A stretch of 64,000 nt of DNA from Geosiphon pyriformis uo1 (lineage: Eukaryota; Fungi; Glomeromycota). The notes beneath the pieces are model-generated. The model was not told where the DNA came from. It was given only the letters and a program-made list of their open reading frames with translations, and did not search any database. The translations under genes and the position numbers were made by a program. How positions within the stretch are numbered: position 1 is the stretch's first letter; each line of letters opens with the position of its first letter. This document shows positions 55,666 through 64,000 of this stretch, piece by piece. Location of the stretch: contig JAAOMT010000771.1 of assembly GCA_016748015.1 (NCBI GenBank), positions 98,290 through 162,289 of the forward strand, in the 5' to 3' direction.

Positions 55666-56766
55666 ATGTCAGCTATTGCAACCAAAATTGTTGAAAAAAT
55701 ACAATCTTAATTTAAAGATAAGTAGATCCAAATTTATTCAGTATACTTTTAAGTTGCTTAATGAACTTACAGATGATAGAAAGAGGAATCAAGCACGAAG
55801 ATGCCTCAAAGATGATTTCAAATTTAGTAATGAGCAGATAAGTATATTGATTCCTATGCAAAAAAGTGGCTGGCGAAAAGACATAAATTTTACAACTCTA
55901 AGTAAGGTTTCACATAGTGAAGCTGGACACTCCGACTCTATGCCAAATTCAGAAGAAACCATCAAAGAACTGGCTCAGTATATTTTGCACAATAATTTCA
56001 GCATAAAAGATGTGAAAGCTGAAACTCATAATTTGGCTAAATCAGTACCAAATGCTAATGTCACTTCATCACGCCTTTCTCGATTCAGAAGAGAATTACA
56101 AAATCTCAGTGCTTTATCCGACATTATTGAGGCAACAAGATTTCCTAATATTATGAAAAATCCAATGAAATTCAGAGAAATCAGTGAAGAAAAGCTAAAG
56201 AACTTAAGAGAATCGATTATCTGGACCATTTCACATTAGAATCAGTAAAAGAGGAATTGAATAGTTATGTTGTATCTAATTATCAAGTCTTCACTGATAT
56301 TATGATAATGCTTAGTATGTGCTCTGCTGAAGTTAGAACTTTACGTATTACAAATAAAGGCATAATCGACTATGTAAAAAATTAGAGTCAGCAAGATATC
56401 CCACGAACATTTAGGTCTCTTGAGAAAAATCGAAAACCTGCTAAAAAATTATTAACCTGGATACAAAATGCCATATCTTCTAAAAAACTCGGGGATTCAG
56501 GGATCTCAGAGACTAAATGGTTCAATGCATTCTTAAAAAACTATAATCTTATTCCTCGCTACTTACAAAAAATGGGTGCAGTCTATGCTGTTGTGGTACA
56601 TGGGGCAAAAAATTTAGTCCATGCTATGGCAATCACCCAAAAAGCCTTAAGGCATTCACCTGAAAATAATACTTTTCCAACACAAAACTATGTTTTAGTC
56701 AATTACAGAAAGAGAGGCACCTCACCTGAGAAAGTAAGACCATTCTGACTATATGGTGAAAATTAA
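55666..56766 (+). pseudogene. Protelomerase/telomere-resolvase-like tyrosine recombinase, frameshifted
   Basis: ATG at 55666, frameshifts in A-runs (~55697, ~56157). Joined translation ...SSRLSRFRREL...IMLSM[C]SAEV...DYVKN*...PRYL[Q]KMGAVYA...ALRHS...TQNY follows the R-K-R-H-Y order. Confidence 0.65.
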
Positions 56767-59580
56767 GAGTCAGAGACTCACCCCTTACAGGCCTCACACT
56801 CTTTACTTTTGTTACGTGTACACTAGAGTTCATCACTCGACTAAAGTTGAAAACATAAATTTCATTTATAATTGACAAAAAAGATTATTATTTTATTTAA
56901 AGCTTGAATCTTATTTTTTTTGGATTTTTAACTGTTTAATTTGATTTTTGTGACTGTTTTCAAGTAAATTTTTACTAGTAGTTTTTCTTTTTTGTTAAAT
57001 GGATTCAAATAAGTTGTAAAAACTAATAAAATTTTTTATTTTTAAAAAACAGTTTAAAGATAATTTTGGAGTTTAAGCTTAAGTTAAAGATGCTAAAAAT
57101 AATATAATAATAAGTGGTGTTTTGCTAAAATCTGCTTCTGGTGTTTGCATATTTTTGGCAGCCAGTTTTGGTGTATTAGGTACTGTTTTTGTAAACTTTA
57201 GAATTATATAATCCAGAAAAATGTGGACCAACCACTGGTGTGATATATCAACGCCGATTTATAATACAGGAAAAATGTTCGCAGATCGCTCAGAAGTCAC
57301 GGAACTACAAGATATATTTGATCTTGGAAAATTTTTGACTTGCGCGTGACAGGCTACTCGTTATCCTTATCTACTTCGTGCTATCAGTTCCACAATTTGA
57401 AATTTCGCGCAGTAAAGAAACCATAGTATTTTCGAGATGACGAAGCATGAATGGCATAGATATTTCGACAACAATGAAATTAATTTTAAACAAATAAAAA
57501 TAAAATAAAATAAAATAGAAATTTAATATTTTGTTTATAGTCATATATTAAAATTAGCAATTTAAGTTGCTACTAAAATTATGATTTTTAATATTTGTTA
57601 ATAAATAAAAAATATTAAAAGTTTTGATTTATTACAATAATAATGTGTTTTAAATAAAATAAAATAAATTTATTTAAATACAAAATAACTTTATAAAAAT
57701 ATTCATTTTATATATTAAATTTATATATATTTAATTTGTTTTTTATTAAAATTCTTTTTATATTATTTTAATTCATATATATTAAAAAACTTTTTTTATT
57801 TAACTAATAAAAAAATTAATAATTATATTAATAATTATATTAATATTTCAAATTATTTATAAATTATGTTTTAGTTTTTTTATATAAATATTTTTATTAC
57901 TTTTTGGTTTTTTGGTTTTACATATTATAATATAACAAAACTTAATAAGATATTTATTATTTATATAATTATTAAATTTAAAATAAATACTATAAAAAAA
58001 AGTTTAATTAAAAATAAAAACATTTCAATTTTTAATTTTGTAAAAAATCTTATTAAAAAATTGATTGTAAGTAACAATAAGATATTTAATTAAAACATAA
58101 ATTTACATATAAAAAACATATAAGTTGTATTTAATATAAAATATTTTATTGTTAAATTTATTTAAATAATGGTTAAATTATATTATATGCAAATAAATAA
58201 AGAATAAATAGAGCATAATTTACTAAATTTATTATTTATTTTTTAAAAATTTAGTTTTATTGTATATAAATTCAATTATTTTGTTGATAATTGACAAACT
58301 ATTACAGATATTACTTTAAAATTTAATTAACATGTTTAGTTTTAATTTTTAATTTAAAAATGAAACTCATAATCCAAAACTATTTATTTGAAAAACTATA
58401 AAGTTTAATAATATTTTGGAAAACTAATTGAACAATATTTTTAAAGATTAACGTTTTTGTATATATTATTATAGTTAACCAATTGATTATTATAAAAATC
58501 GAAATTTTTTTATTATTTTAAAAACATTAATTAACTTAATTTTGTGTTTTTTAATTAATTATTAAATTATGCAACTACATCCAAAAAACTTAAAAATAAC
58601 AACATAAAATGAACTTTTTATAATATTAAAAATTAATTAATAAGTTTTTTATTTAATATTCTCAAAAATAATAAATTGATTATTAATAATTTTTAATAAT
58701 ATAAAATAAAATAATTTATTTATAATCAATATATTTTAATTTATTAATAAAACAAAAAATAATATTAAAATTAATTAAAATTATTATAATTACATTAAAA
58801 TTTGATTTAAATATTTAAATCTTTACAAAAAATTAAAATCCTAATAAAAAGTTTTGTTTTTATTAGAATTAAAACCAAAACAAAACTGGTTAATCAACAT
58901 TTTCTTTTTTCAATTTACATTAATAAAATTTTTAAATAACAAAAAAACATGTTTAATTAAAAGAACAAATTAAATAAAACCTATTTTTGTAAAAAAAAAC
59001 ACCAATAATTCTTATTTAATTTATATTAATTAAATAATAAGTTAAATTTAATTAATAAACCTTAAACCTTTGAATAATTACTATTTCATTTTCTAGACAA
59101 ATTAATTTTAAATTTTAAATTTATAAATTAAAATGAAATAGCTTAATCAACTTGTAATTAAGCAAAAAAAATTTTAAATAAGTATTTTTTAGCTGAATTA
59201 TCTAAAAAGCTTAAAAATTTAAATAAGATAAATTTATTTTATAAAAATAATAAAATTCATATATATAATACAGCAAAACAAATAAATAATTAATTAATCC
59301 AAAAAGTATTTAATAATTAATGTTTAATCTACTTAAAAACCAAAAATTAGTTTAATTTTTTATATATATTTGAATATTTTTTTTAAATCTTATTATTAAT
59401 TAACCAAATTAGTAAGTTAATTAAATATTCCAAAATATCTAATGAATTTTCTTAGTATATTATAGCTTATAAGAAATAACATAAAACTTTTTTCACAATA
59501 AGCCTATATTTAATTATATTATAATTATATTATAAATAAACACTCTATCAAAAATTTATATTAAATAAGTTAAATTAAAA

Positions 59581-60555
59581 NNNNNNNNNNNNNNNNNNNN
59601 NNNNNNNNNNNNNNNNNNNNNNNNNNNNNNNNNNNNNNNNNNNNNNNNNNNNNNNNNNNNNNNNNNNNNNNNNNNNNNNNNNNNNNNNNNNNNNNNNNNN
59701 NNNNNNNNNNNNNNNNNNNNNNNNNNNNNNNNNNNNNNNNNNNNNNNNNNNNNNNNNNNNNNNNNNNNNNNNNNNNNNNNNNNNNNNNNNNNNNNNNNNN
59801 NNNNNNNNNNNNNNNNNNNNNNNNNNNNNNNNNNNNNNNNNNNNNNNNNNNNNNNNNNNNNNNNNNNNNNNNNNNNNNNNNNNNNNNNNNNNNNNNNNNN
59901 NNNNNNNNNNNNNNNNNNNNNNNNNNNNNNNNNNNNNNNNNNNNNNNNNNNNNNNNNNNNNNNNNNNNNNNNNNNNNNNNNNNNNNNNNNNNNNNNNNNN
60001 NNNNNNNNNNNNNNNNNNNNNNNNNNNNNNNNNNNNNNNNNNNNNNNNNNNNNNNNNNNNNNNNNNNNNNNNNNNNNNNNNNNNNNNNNNNNNNNNNNNN
60101 NNNNNNNNNNNNNNNNNNNNNNNNNNNNNNNNNNNNNNNNNNNNNNNNNNNNNNNNNNNNNNNNNNNNNNNNNNNNNNNNNNNNNNNNNNNNNNNNNNNN
60201 NNNNNNNNNNNNNNNNNNNNNNNNNNNNNNNNNNNNNNNNNNNNNNNNNNNNNNNNNNNNNNNNNNNNNNNNNNNNNNNNNNNNNNNNNNNNNNNNNNNN
60301 NNNNNNNNNNNNNNNNNNNNNNNNNNNNNNNNNNNNNNNNNNNNNNNNNNNNNNNNNNNNNNNNNNNNNNNNNNNNNNNNNNNNNNNNNNNNNNNNNNNN
60401 NNNNNNNNNNNNNNNNNNNNNNNNNNNNNNNNNNNNNNNNNNNNNNNNNNNNNNNNNNNNNNNNNNNNNNNNNNNNNNNNNNNNNNNNNNNNNNNNNNNN
60501 NNNNNNNNNNNNNNNNNNNNNNNNNNNNNNNNNNNNNNNNNNNNNNNNNNNNNNN
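59581..60555. other. Assembly gap (N run)
   Basis: Run of N. Confidence 1.
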
Positions 60556-61873
60556 AAACGGACCGACCCTCTCAAAGCGGAAGAAGTTACAACGACATGC
60601 CAAGAAGGCGAAGGTCGAGATTTTCTACAATCCGGTTAAAGTAAGTTAAATTATATAGTTAATATTTTTTAGCGGCTTCGAGATACATTGCATATATTGT
60701 TCGACAGTTGAACTTGAAGTATAGGGGCAATCATTCGCCTTTCGAGGCAAAGTCTAGGGGCTGATTGAACCCTCCCTCGCAAAGTTTTACTTTATATATT
60801 TTACCTTCAAGAATGGGTTACCAAATTATTATTGTCCTTTAGCAAGGAGAGAAAGATCCGATACGCTTTCTAAAACCTCCGAGCTATCTATAGGATGAGA
60901 AATTTTTTGTGTGTATCCTTCTTATTCTTTTTGAAATCTATAACTCTTTGAAATATATTACCCCTTTAATATCTACATATATTCATATCTATTATATTTT
61001 TTTTTCTTTGCACAAAACACAAGCGGAGACTTGCAGGCTTACAAAAAAGAAATCCGTGATTATATTCGGTCATGTTGGGTTTATGAGGACTTTAAACCTG
61101 ACGATCTTATCGAAAAACTTTTAGAAGATAAATTTCAAAGACATATTACCGAAATAAATTCAACCGATTTGATTTCCAATGACAATAAAGAATTCTCGGT
61201 ACCCACTCAATATTTAGAGTTGTTGGAATATGAAATTTTTCACGCTAAAGACCCTTTTAGATCAAACCTCTTCAGAACTGTGGGAAAAGTTTGAACAGTG
61301 GGCAGGTTTTGAAAAAACTAAAAATTTCGACATCTTTGCTATCACTTATGAAAAAAAAAAACAAAGCACGCGTACGAACTACATATAGAAGCCCAAAAAA
61401 GTCCTATGGAACTTTATGATATCCCGAATGTGTTCCTATGCCGTCCGAACGATAAACTTTTTATAGCGAATGAAGCAACTAAGAAGATTGCGGGTGACGT
61501 TCATCTAGACGGTTACAAGTATGTTTTAAAAATGCAATTGGTGAAACGATGATAGATTTCTTCGATCTCAACAACCACCTGGCCGTAAAGACTGCACGAG
61601 TGATAGTAGATCAACATTATAAACAAACCTTAGTGAGCCTTCTCATCGATCTAACCAATTCATCAAGGATTTAATAGAACATTTCGGTTGTTTTACCAAT
61701 AATAATAATATACCATATGTCACTTCGAATCCTGCTTTTACACATTCCCAGGAGCATCGTAAGTGTGTTCAGGATTTGATCCGAGGACTTCAGCCACTTT
61801 CTGACGCAGTAAACGATTATCTTAACAACGCATATCCGGCATTATACATTAAAATGAAAAAACTCAACTTAGG
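60556..61873 (+). pseudogene. N-terminal part of a putative 2OG-Fe(II) dioxygenase (TET/JBP-like family), truncated before the HxD core
   Basis: Exon ...KRKKLQRHAKKAKVEIFYNPVK then GTAAG (60641); acceptor ~61036; frameshifted reading to ...EHFGCF...PYVTSNPAFTH...LQPLSDAVNDYLNNAYPALYIKMKKLNLG. Family assignment is from recalled similarity; the catalytic motif is not in the window. Confidence 0.45.
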
Positions 61874-62238
61874 AGGTCAGTCTCAGACTCAGATAAGGAT
61901 GAAGATGAGGATGATGAACTACTAAGATTGATCTTTCTTTTCACCTTACATCGAATGCATTTATGTCGAGAAATGTTTGGGTTTGTTATTGTGTTTATGA
62001 TTTCTTGACAAACCTCAGGTTTCACTATCTTCAGTAATTGGTGGAGAGAAATCTGAATTGTTTTATTTAACATTTGAGATCTAAGACTAGATATCACTTT
62101 ACTAGTAGAACTATACGCAAGCATGTTGTTATTCCGAGACTCGTGGTTGTTATCCGATGTAATCTGTTGCTTTATCAAAGTCGCGAGCACTGTTCCAATA
62201 TTTTTATGGGACTCAATGTTGTTGTTAGCTTCAGTCAT
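61874..62238 (-). pseudogene. 3'-truncated hypothetical protein with Ser-rich linker
   Basis: ORF 61864-62238; QISLHQLLKIVKPEVCQEI followed by poly-Ser, ending abruptly at the junction with the convergent gene. Confidence 0.5.
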
Positions 62239-62544
62239 TGTATGAGTTGGATTATTATTTATTTATACGCATTAAAAAAACTATTAAAGATATTTGGATA
62301 TTCGTGAAAACATACTAATCATGGGAATAGGAAGTCACCTCGAAGTGAGAGGGCTAAACGCATTGGAAAGTCTTTCCAGTTGAGATAAGTAAAGGGAGTG
62401 AACAATTATTCATCTCGACTAAAGTCGAGTTGGTTATAATATACTTTGCGATGTCACGGCTTAATATTTTTAATATACTCTATAACAACATATCTTACGT
62501 TTTGTAGCAATCGACCTACTTAACAGAATATGATTTTTTTCCAA

Positions 62545-63730
62545 TTATAAAGTGGATGGTATTGTATAATACCCACCTATTTCGAGATCAGGATCTAATG
62601 CGTCTAATGCCCCTTTGCTGACATTTACACAATGTTTTAACCCGAGGTATTTTAGACCGGATAAATGGTGTGCGATATTTTTGATAGTCATGTCAGTGAG
62701 AAGTCTACAATATTCCAATTCGAGATCTTGAATATAAGAACACTTTTTGGCTATTTTAGAAATAGATGAATTAGTAATAGATTCTGACCCGTAGAGATTG
62801 AGGCATTCCATATTGCGGCATAAATTCGCTATTGCTTCTACTGCAGTATCGGTGACATAGCAAAATTCCAGGCTGAGATAACAAATATTTGGACATAATT
62901 GCACAACAATACATATCGTTTCATTGTTAAGAAATTCCAGGGATTTAAATGCGAGGTGTTCCAGATTATGACATTGTGCGATTTGTCTGATGCCTATGTC
63001 AGTTACTTTATTACAATCACTAAGATTTAATTTTCCCAGATCTGAGTACGAACCTACAAGAGCATGGATTATGGCATCGGTAAGCATTCTGCAGTCATTA
63101 AAATTTAAAGATTGGATATTGGGATTGGATCGTGTAATTTCACGTATAGATTTATCAGTAATACAACCGTTTATTCCTAGATGCCTTAAGCTGTAACACG
63201 ATCTTGGAATTTTATAGATAAACTTATCAGTGATATATCCGCCCCAACTAATTTCCAAATACTGTAATTTAGGACATCTTCTTGCGAGTTCGATAATAGA
63301 AAAATCAGTCAACCCTCCGTTGCCAAAAACATTAAGATAAATTAAGTTAGGATATGCCCGAGAAATCTTGATTAATGCTGTATCATCGAACCCACAACTT
63401 CGTTCAAAATCAAGGTAATGATTTTTTCGATTACCTTATTTGAGAGTTCAAAGTAGTGCGTAAGTTTGAGATATCGCACACATGAAGCATAAAATGATCT
63501 TGTGTTTATATCAAACAGTCCAATAAACTTTTTCAGTTATATTTCATATTTCATGTCGAAGGCAGCCCCATGTCCTATCAATTTAATGCGATGCCATAAA
63601 ATTGGACCGGAACACATGGACCAGAGCCTGAAAACGAATAAAGCAGAATATAGCGATTCGTCTTCGACTAGGAAATCAAAAATTTTTTCTAGTTATTCAG
63701 GCCATAGTAAATACAGTATATAATGAGGTA
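62545..63730 (-). pseudogene. F-box/LRR (RNI-like, FBXL-type) protein; 5' part frameshifted
   Basis: F-box PE*LEKIFDFLVEDESLYSALFVFRLWSMCSGPILW (~63590-63705); 255-aa LRR ORF 62545-63312 with repeated CxxLxxLxLxxCxxxTD units. Confidence 0.88.
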
Positions 63731-64000
63731 ATAAAAAATACTTATCTTTAATTTAGGGAGGCTTAGCCTCGTTGCTCCGCAACCCCGAAATCTCTCGCGA
63801 TTCTTGCTCTAACACGCGTGTTATATATGCTAATTTATTCGCTTTACGGAATCGGAGATAAGTCAGCGACTCCCGAAACCTTTGATTTCTCTCCTTATAC
63901 CAATTTATTTTTGTATATGTCCCTTCGAGTAAATAAAATACTGCTAAACCCGAGTTTCTGTGAAACAGATCTCATGTGCTACAGATATTGTGAATAGTGC

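Noticed and set aside
55666-56766. Crypton or DIRS-type recombinase assignment
   Set aside because: No HSxR box II, no adjacent RT or DUF3504-like context; motif spacing fits protelomerases better. Not excluded without a profile search.
55140-57100. A long telRL-type palindromic target next to the resolvase-like gene
   Set aside because: Only 8-13 bp palindromes or hairpins were found (ATTTGCAAAT, GTGTACAC, GAGTCAGAGACTC); no long inverted repeat was visible, though decay could have erased one.

Overview
AT-rich, intron-containing eukaryotic DNA, mostly decayed transposons and pseudogenes. The gene families (BTB-BACK-TLDc, HSPA12-like, TKL kinase, F-box/LRR, dUTPase-bearing Ty3/Gypsy, RNase H-bearing LINE) fit an arbuscular-mycorrhizal-type fungus (Glomeromycotina, possibly Geosiphon-like); this assignment is inference. 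From left to right: (1) a degenerate + strand Ty3/Gypsy element (gag-PR-dUTPase-RT-RH-IN, an extra ORF3, PPT and a 1.05-kb 3' LTR at 6612-7662) inserted into the integrase of a second, - strand Gypsy; (2) a ~4-kb block duplicated at ~12.2-16.3 and ~37.8-41.6 kb; (3) Tc1 relics, an HSPA12-like pseudogene and a MULE relic hidden in an AT desert; (4) a full-length LINE (27606-34221, APE-RT-RNase H, poly-A, 11-bp TSD) and a short related 3' fragment; (5) a kinase tail and a BTB-TLDc pseudogene; (6) at the right end, a frameshifted gene with the motif order of a protelomerase/telomere-resolvase-type tyrosine recombinase (55666-56766), followed by a CpG-retaining block with a truncated TET/JBP-like dioxygenase candidate, a truncated convergent gene and an F-box/LRR gene. 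The resolvase flank and that block share a hairpin motif. The resolvase-like gene and its module are the best candidate for an undescribed system. Two assembly gaps are present. All calls are from manual reading; no searches were run.
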